Under the pieces are notes generated by a model. It was given only the letters and a program-made list of their open reading frames with translations. It did not search any database and was not told the DNA's origin. 64,000 bases of DNA, taken from contig CM119265.1 of the NCBI GenBank assembly GCA_051294375.1, positions 3,747,494 to 3,811,493 of the forward strand, given 5' to 3'. Shown here in pieces: positions 1 to 16,821 of the stretch (positions are counted from its first letter, which is position 1; every line of letters starts with the position of its first letter). Origin of the DNA: Paraspadella gotoi (lineage: Eukaryota; Animalia; Chaetognatha). The translations under genes and the position numbers were made by a program.

Positions 1-559
1 GTCATGAGCTCGAGAGACCCAGAGGAAATTTCGGCAGCAGATTTTCTTCTGTCAATTAGTCGCCGCATTTCTGAGAAATGGGGGCGGGTTCGACGGCCGG
101 GTCGGGTGAGGTCGGGAGGCGTCGAGTTTGTAAGGTAAGTTAAATTTGCGTAGAAGAGTTTAAGACGAGATTTTTTTGGACGAGTTTAATTTCACCTTAA
201 TCGAATTTTGTGTCTTTTTCAGCATCGTTGCACTCAAGTATTTATTTGCCTTTCTTTGTTATAATATTATTGAAAAAAGAAAATTCGATATTACAATTNN
301 NNNNNNNNNNNNNNNNNNNNNNNNNNNNNNNNNNNNNNNNNNNNNNNNNNNNNNNNNNNNNNNNNNNNNNNNNNNNNNNNNNNNNNNNNNNNNNNNNNNN
401 NNNNNNNNNNNNNNNNNNNNNNNNNNNNNNNNNNNNNNNNNNNNNNNNNNNNNNNNNNNNNNNNNNNNNNNNNNNNNNNNNNNNNNNNNNNNNNNNNNNN
501 NNNNNNNNNNNNNNNNNNNNNNNNNNNNNNNNNNNNNNNNNNNNNNNNNNNNNNNNNTC

Positions 560-847
560 GCCTCCAAGTCGTCGTCGTCATTGTCGTCGTCGTTGTCGTC
601 CTCATCCTTGCCTTCTTCATCCTCATCGTCTTAATCGTCGTCGTCTTCGTCGTCATCGCTGTCATCATCTTTGTTGTCGGCGTCTTCAACGTCATCGTCG
701 TCATTGTCGTCGTCGTCTTCGTCTTCCTTTGCATCGTCATCATTGTCAACTTAGTCGTCGTCTCCATCGTCGTCGTCTACTTCATATTCGTCGTCTTCAT
801 TGTCATCATCCACGTCATCTTCGTCATCATCGACATCGTATTCCTCT

Positions 848-885
<38 letters not shown>

Positions 886-890
886 TTCTT
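560..890. repeat. (TCG/TCA)n trinucleotide low-complexity tract
   Basis: Direct observation; explains the poly-S/R/T/D ORFs. Confidence 0.85.
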
Positions 891-1129
891 CGGTCGGCGC
901 ACGGAATAGACGTAAGCGACGTCAAGGGAACCGAGACCCAAAAAATTGCAAATAAGGAATTTTCTTCTTTTTTTTTCCTCAAAAGAAAACGAGTTTTCTA
1001 ATTTGAGGTAAAAATAGAAAATTAAACAGATCTTAAAAAAAAAACAAGAAAAAAAAAACTTTCTTGGCTTCGAGGGAAAATTTAGAAAGTTTTTCTTTTG
1101 TGTATTTGTTTTTTTACAATTTGAATGTT

Positions 1130-3870
<2,741 letters not shown>

Positions 3871-5523
3871 TAGTTATTTTTAGTGTAAGTATGGTAATGT
3901 ATTGTGTTGTTAGAAAGTAAGAATTAAAAGTTTGTAAGTTTGTGTATATAGAAAGACTCGTGGTTATGTAAAAGAAAGAAAAAGAAAGAGACAGCAGGGA
4001 AAAAAGAAAGAAAAAGTATGTAAAACGGTGATACAATGTTGTTGTATTATATACAAAGGTGGACCAAAAAGGTTTGAAAAAGTGAAAAAAAAAAGTTGGA
4101 ATTAAGTTAAAGAAGTGAAAAGTGCACAAAACGGTGAGAACAAACACATGCCTAGGGCGTGAACACAAGTGGAAAAGTGGGGAAAAGTGGAAATACCTGT
4201 GCAACAAATGCGTGCAAGATAAAGTGTGAATCGAGTGGAAGAGGAAAAACAGCCGAGTTGCCGTCGGGAAACACGTAGACGAAAAGTGAGAAACGATAGA
4301 AGAACGGTGGAAAAAGTTTGAAAACGCGCCGTGAAAAAAAAGTGAAAGTCGAAAAAGTGCCGAAAAAGAGCAAAAGTTGAGAAAAAAAAGAACTCAGTAC
4401 CAAAAGGTGAAAAAGTATGAAAAGTGAAAGTAGAACAAAAGCAACGAGAAAAAACCGTGAAAAAGTGGACAAAGTGGAAAAGTAGAAAAAGTTACAGCAA
4501 AAGTAGAAAGTGAAAAAGTTGAAAAGTGGAAAAACGTGAAAAACGAAAGAAAAAGGTTTTTCGAAAAAGTTTTTAGGTTGATGAACGAAAGTGAAAAAAG
4601 GTTGAAAAAACCGTGAAAAAAGTGGAAAACCTCGTGAAAAAAGTGAAAAATCATCGTCCGGAAAACAGTGGAAAGTCTGAAAACAGTAGCAAAAGTCTAG
4701 AAAACGTGAAAACATGTGAAAAGAAAGTGAAAAAAAGTGGAAGAAAAGGTAAGAAACAATGCCTTCGCCTGAACATTTAGAAAAAAGGTTTGAAAAAGTG
4801 AAACAGCTGAGGGAAAAGTGGGGAAAGTGGAAAACGTGAAAAAGTGGACGGAAAAGTAAAAAAGTGGCGACAAAGTTGTGAATAAGTGGAAAAAGTGAAA
4901 AAGTAGTGGGAAAAGTGAAAAAAACGTGAAAGACGTGAAAATTGAAAAAAGTTGAAAACAGTGAAGAAGTGTGGAAAACGGTTGAAAAAAGTGAAAAAGT
5001 GACACAAAAGTGAAAGAAGTGAAAAAAGTGAAAAAGTGGAAAAAGTGGAAAAAGTGAAAAAAAAGTGAAAACAACTCCGTGAAAAAGTGTAAAAGTGAAA
5101 AAAGGTAGAAAAGTTGAAAAAGTCGAAAGTTATGGANNNNNNNNNNNNNNNNNNNNNNNNNTTCGACCTGGAGAGGAAAAAAAAAGTTGAAATTCTAATC
5201 TCGGGTTCGAATCCCATCGACGACGATTTTTTTTAACGGCGACTCGTTAAGAAGGAGAGGCGTGGCTTCGGTTTTTTCGGTTGTTTTCTTTTGTGTTTTG
5301 TTTTTGTATTGTTTACTTTTAGATATTCTCTTTTGCAATTTGTTTTTTTTTTNNNNNNNNNNNNNNNNNNNNNNNNNNNNNNNNNNNNNNNNNNNNNNNN
5401 NNNNNNNNNNNNNNNNNNNNNNNNNNNNNNNNNNNNNNNNNNNNNNNNNNNNNNNNNNNNNNNNNNNNNNNNNNNNNNNNNNNNNNNNNNNNNNNNNNNN
5501 NNNNNNNNNNNNNNNNNNNNNNN

Positions 5524-5554
<31 letters not shown>

Positions 5555-6497
5555 CCTGACCCGCGGTCCTCTTTTTTCCCGCGTTGACCTTTTGTTCGCA
5601 TTTTCTTTCTCGAGGGAAAACAAGAAAAAAAGAAGTAAACATTTTNNNNNNNNNNNNNNNNAGAATTTTGTTCTAAGTTGTAATACAATTTATACAAAGA
5701 TTTCTCTGCCGGAAAAGACGAAATTAAAATTTGAAAATATTACGATGATGAATAATTTAAACTTTTAAAAATAGGGAGAGAGAGAGAGAGAGAGAGAGAG
5801 AGTGAGAGAGAGAGGATGATAAGGACTGATGAATGAAAATAGAAATAGACATTTTGAATATAAATTATTAGAAAACGATGAATAATAGAAATAAAAACGA
5901 TGAATAGCAAATGAATAGAAATGAACAGTAAATGTGTCAGTAAAAAAAAATTGAAATTGTTTCAAAAAATATATGAATAGAACATAATGAATAGAAATAG
6001 AACGAATAACAAATAGAAAATGAATATATATGAATAGAAAATGACGAAAATGGGAAGCGACGCAAATGGCCGACCCATGGGGGGGGGGGACAGAGAAGGG
6101 CGGCGAGAGACCCGAGGGCGCCACCTTTGGATGGGAGACCGCGCCGTTTTGAAGAGAGAGGGCGCCGAGATTCCGCGCCGCTCTGGGGCGTCGAGTCGAC
6201 CCCTTTACGACGCCCTAGTCGTTGGCGTCTGCGGCGGCGGCGGCGGCGTCCAGCGCAACGATTTTTTTTTATGGCGGCGCCACATCTTTTTTCAAATGTT
6301 CAGAGTCAAGTGAACTTCGACCAGAAAATGTCGTCGTTGTCGTCGTCGTTGTCTTCATCGTCTTCGTGATCGTCGCTTTCGTCATCGTCGTCATCATCAT
6401 ATTCCTTGTCGTCTTCATCGTCGTCGTCGTCGTCGTCTAACCGAGATTTTTCGTTCTACTCACGTGACTTTTTTTCGTTGGTCATGCAAATTACCTG

Positions 6498-6585
<88 letters not shown>
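6498..6585. repeat. Perfect (GAC)n microsatellite
   Basis: About 29 uninterrupted units. Confidence 0.95.
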
Positions 6586-7474
6586 TACTTAAAGTCAGTC
6601 ACCGAAGACTCCGGTTATTTTTTCGAAGGAAAAAAATATTTCTTCGTCTTCTCCGTTTGTCTCTTGGACAAAGAAAAGTGAGGACAACGATGTGGGACAA
6701 AGAACGACGACGACAACAACAACAACAACAGCGGCACCTACTTCCGGCTTAAGCTTTGACCGTCATTTAAATAATGACGGAGTCATTATGACGTTCTCTC
6801 TCGTGACGACAACGACGACGACGACGACGACGTCTATGATGATGATGATGATGACGATGATGATTATACGTAACGTCGAATACCCCGAGGGTATTTTGAG
6901 TAGAATGGAGTGTCAATTTAGTTTAGGCAATCAATATTTGGTCTGTGTGAAATAACGACGAAAACAACAACAACAACAACAACAACAACGACGACGACGA
7001 CGAGGATGTCCCCCACCACCAAATTAAATCCAACCCCCCCTCGGTCACCGACCCCGAGTCACTTTAACGACGGAAGAAATTTTCTCCTCTGAAGCCTGAG
7101 GCCACTTGGGTCGCACCCACTCCTACTCCATCCCATCCTACTAAAGGTAAGGACATCTCACTCTATCCACAACCCTCAACATCCATCGCCCAAAGCCCGA
7201 ACCTCACACTCACGTTCACATTTAAGCAGTTTTTTTTTAATTTGGCCTGTCAGTCAATATTTAATATTAATATATAAGTATATTGATAATAATTATTTCT
7301 TGTTAATTTAATATTTTCTTGAGGTATATAATGGATTCGGAAAAGACGCGGAATCATGTATTCCGTTCTCGGTTGCGTTGACTCAAATATGCAAATTTGA
7401 TTTTGAAGCGTCGCCAGTGATGACCGCAGGGCAAAGTGGAAAAAGGGGAGAGAGAGAGGGAGAGAGAGAGAGAG

Positions 7475-7507
<33 letters not shown>

Positions 7508-7563
7508 AGGGAGAAGAGAGAGATAGAAAGAAAGAGAAGAGAGACGAGAGAGAGAGAGAGAGA

Positions 7564-7638
<75 letters not shown>

Positions 7639-8189
7639 AGGAGAAGAGAGAGAGAGACGAGAGAGAAGAGAGGATAAAGCAGAAGATATAAAGATGAAGT
7701 TAAGAAGAAGTTAGAGAAGGAGGTGAGGAGAGAAAAGGAAGGAAAGAAGAAGAGAAGTTTAAACGGACAACTGGAGACAGAAGAGACAGAAAAATTGAAA
7801 ACGAGAACAAATAAGATGAACCAGCGAGCAAAGAATATCATTTGTCTTTATTTTGGTCAAATAACTAAATTTAAATCGAAAATAACAAATTTAAATAGTA
7901 TATTTGTTATTTCATTAGCGGTTCGTCTTAACCGATTCGCGAGGGCGTCTTTTTCAATTGTTGAAAAAACTATTATTATTATTATTATTATAAATTATTA
8001 TATTTCACAAACAAAAATCATGCACGAAATCGAGGGTTCACGTAAACAAAAGGAGCCAACATTTGTTGACTTTTTTCAGTATCACATTTTTAATCTCACA
8101 GTTTATTTAATTTATTGTCTTTTTTTTAATCAATTGAAAAAAATAAGAGAGTGATATGTTGTAAGATCCGTTGCCTGTGAAAAAAGAGA

Positions 8190-8269
<80 letters not shown>

Positions 8270-8376
8270 GCTCTCTCTCTCTCCATCATTAAACGCCCAC
8301 ACATCTCAACACTTTGTACTCCGATTCATCTTTAGACCTCATCTTTATTTTTTTTACTTCACTTTTCGCCGCCGCC

Positions 8377-8408
<32 letters not shown>

Positions 8409-9314
8409 CGCCGCCGCCGCGCCGCCGCCGCCGCCGCCGCCACCGCTGACGATCCAACTCAATCTCTCGGGATTCTGCTTTGGCCAAAAAAAAACTACGA
8501 AGGTCCCGAAAATTGAAATAAAAAAAATCTCCCATTTTTATTTTTGCTCCTGATGTTTGGATGATAATGAATTTCGGTATTTTACGACCTTTTGAAAAAA
8601 AAAAGGATTTTTGAACAAAGAATTTATATTCTTTTTTAGGATTCATATAAGAAACGATTATATTTACTAAAAATTAGAAGCCAATGGGATCATCGCATCT
8701 CTTTTAGCGACTTTTATCAAATAATGAACAATTTTCCCCACTTTTTTTTCACCCTGATCCTATTTGCGGCTTGTTTGTGGGCGTCGTCGTCGTCGTCATC
8801 GTCGTCGTCGTCGTCGCCAACAAGCGATTGTTGTGAACTATTAGTGAAAGTCAATCATTAGTCTAATGGAGTCGTTCTCTGCTTGGACTTTGTCGGTCCG
8901 TCTCTCTCTATGTCTGTGTGTCCTTCCCCCACCTTTGCACGGGTTCTTTTCTCTGTCATGATGTTTTTAGTAATTTTCACCGTTTTGGGGCAGAGAATGA
9001 GAGAGAAAGAAAGAGAGACAGAGAGAGAGAGAAAAAAAGAAAATTAAAAATAAACATCGAGATTTTCAAAGAGCTAGCTTATTATTAAATGACTAAATAA
9101 CTGATAATTGATTGCACCAATTTCATAATATATAAACAATATATGAAAAAAACTCCTCATTATCAACCGTATGTTTTTTTCTATTAGTAATTCCTACTCT
9201 TTTCGCCCTCTTTTCCCTCCTCCTCCTCCTCCTCCTCCTTATCTCCTCATCCTCAGACCCGAAATCTGGAATTTTTAGTTCCGCCGAGTTTGTTCCAAAT
9301 GATCCACGACTTTT

Positions 9315-10175
9315 CCGCGCCTCTAAATCTTCCTCTTCTTCGGTCTCTCCTTTTAAATCTTCCTCTCCTTCCCTCTCTCCTTTTTAAATCTTCCTCTCCT
9401 TCCATCTCTCTTTTTAAATCTCTCTCTCCTTTCATCTCTCTTTTTAAATCTTTCTCTCCTTCCATCTCTCTTTTTAAATCTTCCTCTCCCTCTGCTCCTC
9501 CCTTTAAATCTTCCCCTCCTTCTCTCACTTCTTTTAAATCTTTCTCTCCTTCCATCTCTCTTTTTAAATCTTCCTTTTCTTCCCTCTCTCCTTTTTAAAT
9601 CTTCCTCTTATTCCCTATCTCCTTTTTAAATCTTCCTCTCTTTCCTTCTCTCTTTTAAAATCTTCCTCTTCTTCTGTCTCTCCATGGTAAAACTTCCTTT
9701 TCTTTGATCCATCTTTGTTCTTAAATCTTTCTCTCCTTCCCTCTCGCCTTTTAAATATTCCTCTACTTCCGTTTCTCTTTTTAAATCTGCCTCTTATTCA
9801 GCTTGTTCCTTTATATCTTCCTCTCCTTTGCTCTCTCCATTTTTAAATCTTTCTCTCTTTTCTTCTCTCCTTTAAAATCTTCCTCTCCTTACTTTAAATC
9901 TTCTTCTTCCCTGTCTCCTCTTAAATCTTCCTATTGATCTGCTCCTTCCTTTAAATCTACCTCTTTTTCCGTCTCTCTTTTTAAATCTTCATCTTCTTCC
10001 GCTTCTTCCTTTAAATCTTCCTCTCCTTCCCTGTCTCCTATTAAATCATCCTCTCCATATGCTCCTTACTTTAAATCTTCCTCTCCTTCCATCTTTCTTT
10101 TTAAATCTTCCTCTTGTTCCGCCTTTCTTTTTAAAATCATCCTCTCCATCTCTCTCTCTTTTTAAATCTTCTCTC
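9315..10175. repeat. 30-31-bp minisatellite (consensus ~TTTTAAATCTTCCTCTCCTTCCATCTCTCT), roughly 28 units
   Basis: TAAATC recurs every 30-31 nt (9324, 9354, ~9386, 9415, 9445, 9475, 9505, 9535...). Confidence 0.9.
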
Positions 10176-10414
10176 TTCTAATTAATTTACTAATTAGCAA
10201 AACCTTGTATGAACTTGGTACAACCAATGAAACTGATACGTTATTGCGGCGCCTTTTCCCAACTTTGATAACAATTAACTCAACTGGGCCCAGATCTCTG
10301 AATAATTTCAGTTAATCTAAGGCCCTTCATTAAGGCGCAAGCCATTTAATCTTGTCTCATTACCTCATCCTTCCTCTTTCTCACTAACCTATTCTTTACC
10401 CAATCCCTACCGTC

Positions 10415-13400
10415 TCCCTCATTTGTCGTTTTTTCTTACCTCTTTGTCTTTCCTTCATTCCTATAAATCCTTAACTAAAGGACGAGATGATATAATATGA
10501 CATTCTTTATTGTGAAAATATAGCATAATAATAGAGGACGAGTCTGATATTGTCTGTTGTTAGGTTTCTGTCTATTGTCCGTTCTCAACTTTACCCATTC
10601 GAAATCATATGGTTCCAACTCCGCGCGTCGAGAACCTTCAACCCAGCGAACAACTTAAGCATCCCTAAACGGTCAACGTTATAAGGTGAGTTCAAAGTTC
10701 GGTTCGGATCATTCAGGTCAGGTCGCGGCGCTCTTTGGTCAGTTTTGTGGCGTTCAATTACCGACGTTTCTGGAGCGAAGCAACAATTGGCTTCCGGCTG
10801 GTAGATGTTCAGAATGATGAGGGGAGAGAGAGAGAGAGACTGAGTGAGGTATGAAGAGAACGAGAGAGAGAGAGAGAGAATCTTCACACGATATTCGTTA
10901 GTTATCAACTGAAAAAATCCAAATAAGCGATAATATTTTTAAGACAAGCGAAGCGTTTTTTTTGTTTATATGGTATGTATGTCAAATTATATTAGCGCAG
11001 AATTATTTTTTCTTTGTTGAGACCCAAAACTATCGGAGCACATAAGTTAAAATCTGTCGAAATAGGCTAATATCCTTAGATAAAGTTAATAAATAAGACC
11101 CACAGTTTCAATCTGTGATCATGACGGCGTAATATCAGACAAGACGAAAAATATTGGCTCGCCTAAATTCGGGAATTACATCCAGGAGAATATGGAACAC
11201 CTTACGGAGGCTCAGCAGTGAACGAACCGAAACACAGACACGATCACGATCAACGACCGACCGACCGACCGAGCACCGAGCCGCGACCGACCCGAAACGA
11301 ACGAGCAACGACACGAACGACACGAACAGTTACGATACGACACGAAAACCGAAACGACACGAACGAACGGGAGACGAGACCGACCAACGCGTACCGACAG
11401 AACGAACGAACGAACCGAACGGTATTACGAAACGATACACGAACGAAACGAGAACGACGAACGAACGGAACGAAACGAGATTACGAACGAACCGAACGAA
11501 CGATCATACGAACCGAGCACGAACGAACGAACCGAACGATTACGATCCATAACGAACGACGTGACGGGACGGAGTGAATGACAATAGGAATTAAATAATG
11601 GGAAGAAGGAGCGGAATCGAATGAAGCAACGCATGGCCGGACGGACGGACGAAACGACAATAGAAACGAACCAAACAATAATCATGAGATAACGAACGAG
11701 AGAACCACGAACAATGCCCGACTAATAAAATATACGAACAACACTATTTGCAAAAAAACGACAACCTAGACTATCTGATCAACAAGGAAAGGACCTATAT
11801 AGACTTACCCAATTAAACTTGACCCACCCAATTCCTTCTGCTAAAAGGTGCGCTACATGGTCCGCCAATGTCGCGACTCGCGAAAGGAATTTCAACATCG
11901 AATGCCAGAAAACAGAACCGGACGGTTAGTATGTCCTTTCTGTCCTGCACCGAAGGCTGTAGGAGGAATCAACACTGCGGACTGGGACTGGCGCGAGCAT
12001 AACAGGGAAGAGATGGAGGAGAGTGAAGAGAAGCGAGAACCGACGTGATGTGGAGGGGGAGGAGGGAGCGGAAAGAAGGGTAAGAGAAAGAGAGACGAGA
12101 GAGCAGAGAGAGAGAGAGCGTAGACCTGAGAGAGAAGAAAGAGAGATGAGAAGTAGAAGAGACGATGAGAGAGATCTCGAGATCGAGATGAGAGAGAGGA
12201 GAGGAGAGAGAGAGCGCAACATGATCATCTCCCCTTCTCCCTGCCATTCAGCGGCACGACATCTCGCCAAAAACTACTTGCACCACCTACGTGGACCCGC
12301 GATTCCGTGTGTGACCCCGAGGACGAGACAGATGTCCCAACCCCATCGTCCACGCGAAGCGGCAAAGGATTTGTCCGCAGAATAACCCAACTCGGCATCG
12401 ATAGGTCAGAGTCCTTCGGTGGGTGCAGGGGGTACGCGGCGGTGAGGGTTCTGTAGCGGCCGGTGTATATAATCGCTCTCATAGAATTCTTTCAGAAAAT
12501 AATCCAATATTTTCTTTCTGCTGGCAAAACGGATGGAAAACTGTTACCTTTTGGTCTTATATTTCTTTTTAGTAATGTATTCTCTCTTTTTTCTTGATGT
12601 GGTACAATTAGCAAATTCTATTCCCTTTGCTTTTCCAATACCTAAAAATCGATTCGTACGAACTTTTATCTACCACGTTCACCAAAGTTTTCTTTGATCC
12701 GTTATATTTAATATTGGAGGATTCTCATTGGATCAACATCAATGCAGTAGGTCAATCTCCGCTCACTCCATCTCGTATTGATTCCTCCCCCCGCCCCCCC
12801 CTAATTAGAGACTGGCATCGAATCCTCCAGTCCTCCGACATGGATTACACACCCGACCATCATCCTCCGAGTGTCGGCCTTCGATTTCTACTCAAAGGTC
12901 ACCTCAATTTCAGTCATTTCTTACTCCACAACCATCGGCGGCTCAGGACCACATCTCCCACCCACACCCCAGGCCTCTTCGATCAACCCCTGCCACAACC
13001 TAAACCGCGGATGGCCTCGTCGACCCTACATGCTCTTCTGAGAAAGCAGCCGACCTCCTTCGGGTTGTTCCAACCGCTCGCCTGGTAACGGCTTGTTGCT
13101 ACTACTGTCAGAACATCAAAGTGCACGTGGCTGAAAAGGACAGGTCATCCAGGCCTTACGATGCCCCCGGGTGAGTTAGGGAAATGAATGAATGAATAAT
13201 GATAATGAATCGAATGAATGAATGAATTATAATGAGAAAATGTAAAATTTCGAAATAATAAATAATTATACATTAACGTAGTACATTTGAGTCAAAAGAT
13301 TAGAGAAATTAAAATGTCCACAATAACGGAAAATCTAAACAAATGGCTTCGGTTTGCACAAAGATATCAGGGTGTTCAAGGTTGTATACTAGTTTATACT

Positions 13401-16089
13401 GTTAACACTGGGTTATAAGAAAACCCGTAAATTTGATAGAGTAACGTTGATGGGATAAAGCAAGATAATTATGCTAAGAGTGATGTGGCGATTGAAGAAA
13501 TACGTTGAATGCGCCATACCAAATTAATCCGGTTATTTTCAACTCCCCCCCCATGACCCGTCTTTCAACTCCACTCACCTCCTGCAATCGCTATGCCGCC
13601 GGATCGACCAATCTCTCTCGCCCACAGCTGTCAGTTGCCCGCTCGTCCGTCTGCGGCCGGCATGGGCGCGCGAAACAATCGTGCAGAGGCAAGTGGCCGG
13701 GCACGTTCGGCGATATTCCGCCAAGTTTTCTCGGACAGGTTAAATGTTATATCATCATATAAATTTAATTTATATATCATATTCTTCTGTTATTACTAGC
13801 TTAAAATTGAATAAATTAATCTGGTGATGTCAAATCTCAAACACCGGTCTAATTGCTTAGTTTTGTTATTTGATTTCAATAATAACTTATTCGATTCGCT
13901 ACTTAATAATTGATTTGATCTGCCCTAGAACTAACTCTCCTTTCAATAAGCTGGTCCACTTTAAAAAACATTCCTTTATAATTAGATTTTAAAAATGTGC
14001 ATGTAATCGTGGTGATAAAATTATTAATACTGATTCTAACCACTTAATAAATATTTCAATCCACCCTATCTGACTCTCAGATCATCGAGGATCGAAAGGC
14101 CTGCATGCGACCCTGCGCCAGAACTTCATCAAATGCCCCTTTCATCATTCTCATCGATCCCGCTGGAGACAGAAGAACTGGGAGGGCGGAGGGGGAAGTG
14201 TGAAGGAGAAGGGGGAAGTGGTGTGAGAGGAGGAGGTGGAAGTGTGAGGAGAAGGATGGGCAAGTGTAGAAAATGGGAAGGTGTGATAGGAAAAGGGAAG
14301 GTTGAGAAAAATAGGGGGAGGTTCGAGAGAAGGGAAAGTTGTAAGATTTAAAGGGGATGTGGGAAAAGGAGAGGGAGGTTGTGGGGAGGAGGAAGGGGAG
14401 AGTGTGTGAGTAGCGGCAAAGTGTAGGAGAAGGACGGAAGTGTAGGGAAAGGGTGAGAGATGACTGGGGGTATGTTGTGAGAGGAGGAGAGAGTGTGAGG
14501 AAAGATTTGGGGAGGATGAACGAAGGAGGGGGGAGAGTGTGAGAGAATTGGTTGCAGTAAAATGGGGCAAGAGAGTAGAAGAGGGGAAATAAACAAATGG
14601 ATATTCCATCGTCTGGAATAGAATGCTTATTGTAATAATAATTATTATAAACTAGTGACGCAAATTGAACATGATAATCGAATAAAATTTATACTATTGA
14701 GAAGTACCAGTCAGTAACTCCTTGTTGACGTCGCTGAGATCAGAATCTTTCTCTTATTTAATTCTGTTTGCTGCACTGTCGACTTTGCCGCAAACCTCTG
14801 TTGCCATTTTTTCCAGATTTTCTCTTGAAAAATTTTGAAATGGAAAATTCTTTTTACTTAAGACGCAAATAATCCCCACCCACTAATAGACGACCCGACC
14901 GTCTCTTCCGCTTCTCATCTCTGGCCTTCACGATAGTCTCAAACCGTGGTCTTGGATACATTTGGGCGTGATGAAGCTTAGATCCCTTCGCTCATCTCCC
15001 TCCCTCCCTCTCTTTCTCTTACTCTCTCTATCTCTCTCTCTACTCTCTCCTCTCTCTCTCCTAAACCAAAAGTCCCAAAATTATCATTAAAATTTGGTTC
15101 ATGAATGATCTTTGCCTCCGTTTCCTAATTTGCGAAAAACCGCCCGATATACAGTGTTGAGACCGTTATATACGAGACAAACTAACCGCCTGACTTCACA
15201 CGCCGTACGGGCAGTGACGCCGCATGGTCCAAGTCTGAACGATTTGAGAACAATAATTAAATGAGCTGACCAAAAAATTTTTTTTATATACAATCAAAAA
15301 AAATAAATTAATTGACGGTCGTTGGAATGTTTTCAAAAACATTGTCGTATTGTCTTTTTTGCCGCGGGCATTGTATTGCACACTGATAAAAGCCATAGCT
15401 TTTCAACCATATTTTTCACTGGTCGATCGTCTGAACATGACAGTGGCTTATGTCTGATCTTCAATTCACCTGATTTTTAAGGTTTTTCATCCTATCAAAT
15501 TAAACCTATTTAATTTTTTTCAGGTAAGTAAAATAAAATTTTTGGAAGATTATGACGAATAGGCTTAAATTTTAAATTACTTTATGTATTTTTTCTTTTG
15601 ACGTAATGATGCATTCAGAAAATATTACATGATGTATTTCAATTATCTGACAATATCGTTAATAAATTTATTTGATAAAAGTAAGTTTAATAAAAATAAA
15701 CCAATAACAGTAACTACCCAAATCTGTACATTCTGCCAGAAGCATTATTATACTACAAATAAAAGTACTTCCAAAAATATTTTTGACTGATTATGTATTG
15801 AATGAGATTTAACATAATTATTCAAATAACTTTCTCTAAACCGCGCGAAGAAAACTGAGCAGGTTGCTTTTGTTTCATCAAAAAAGCATAATATCAAAGA
15901 TTTCAAAACAATTAATTAATTATCGTCTAAAAGCTAAGAGAGAGTATTAATACTAATATCTATCAGATTTATAAATCATTAAGAGCTTTAGGAGTAATAT
16001 TTTTTTAAAATTTTGTCTCGAAATAGGGGTCCCAATCCCCTGTATGCTCTCTCTCTCTTCTCTCTCTCTCTCTCTTCTCGTCTCTCTCT

Positions 16090-16121
<32 letters not shown>

Positions 16122-16750
16122 TCGCTCTCTCTCTCTTCTAACGCGCCCTGGAAAGAGGAAAAAATTCTTTGTTTTTGAATAAATTTGGTCTCTCTTCCTC
16201 TTTCCTCTCGCTCTCTTGCTCTCTCTCTTCTCTTCTCTTCTCTCTCTCTTCTCCTCTCTCTCTCTCTCTCTCTCTCTCCAGACTATTATTTAGATTTATT
16301 AATTTTCTTCCATTTTTCCTTTGTCAGAACTTTTAACCCGTTTTAATCTTCCTTCTTCTTTTTCCTCTCCCCTGTAAAAGAAACTATCTCTTCCCTACTT
16401 TTCTCAAAATATTCTTTTTTAAAAACTACACTAAAGTACGAATAACATAATATATAATTATACGTATATTATCTTTATTCCTACCGACCAATTTCACAAC
16501 TTATCATTCTAATATAATAAACCCTTATTCCCAATTTGCACCGAGCTTCAACTTACTTTCCCCCTCACCCCAAACCACTTAACACCCGACAACCCACCCC
16601 TATCCCCCCTAAAAAGGGGGTGAGGGGCGAGCGCTAACAGCCCCCAGGGATCCTCATGGTTTTTGGGGCGCGTCCGGGTTTTCTCCGCGAAAAAGAAGAC
16701 GAGAAAATATCTTGGGGCGAAAATTAATGTGATAGACTCCTCGGCTTCAT
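10415..16750 (+). repeat. Noisy inverted copy of 16857-19647 joined directly to 26179-29340; includes a degraded plus-strand copy of the nine-exon gene without the 6.5-kb insertion
   Basis: Block-by-block reverse-complement identity, for example 14066-14160 vs 19520-19620, 13100-13180 vs 27040-27120 and 16580-16750 vs 16857-17030. Dense small indels; symmetric about the 25-N gap at 16832-16856. Confidence 0.9.
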
Positions 16751-16772
16751 TTTACGGCGGAGAGAGAGAGAG

Positions 16773-16821
<49 letters not shown>

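Noticed and set aside
5196-5226. GGGTTCGAATCCC B-box
   Set aside because: No A-box or cloverleaf upstream (a gap is nearby). At most a SINE or tRNA fragment, so not called as a tRNA.
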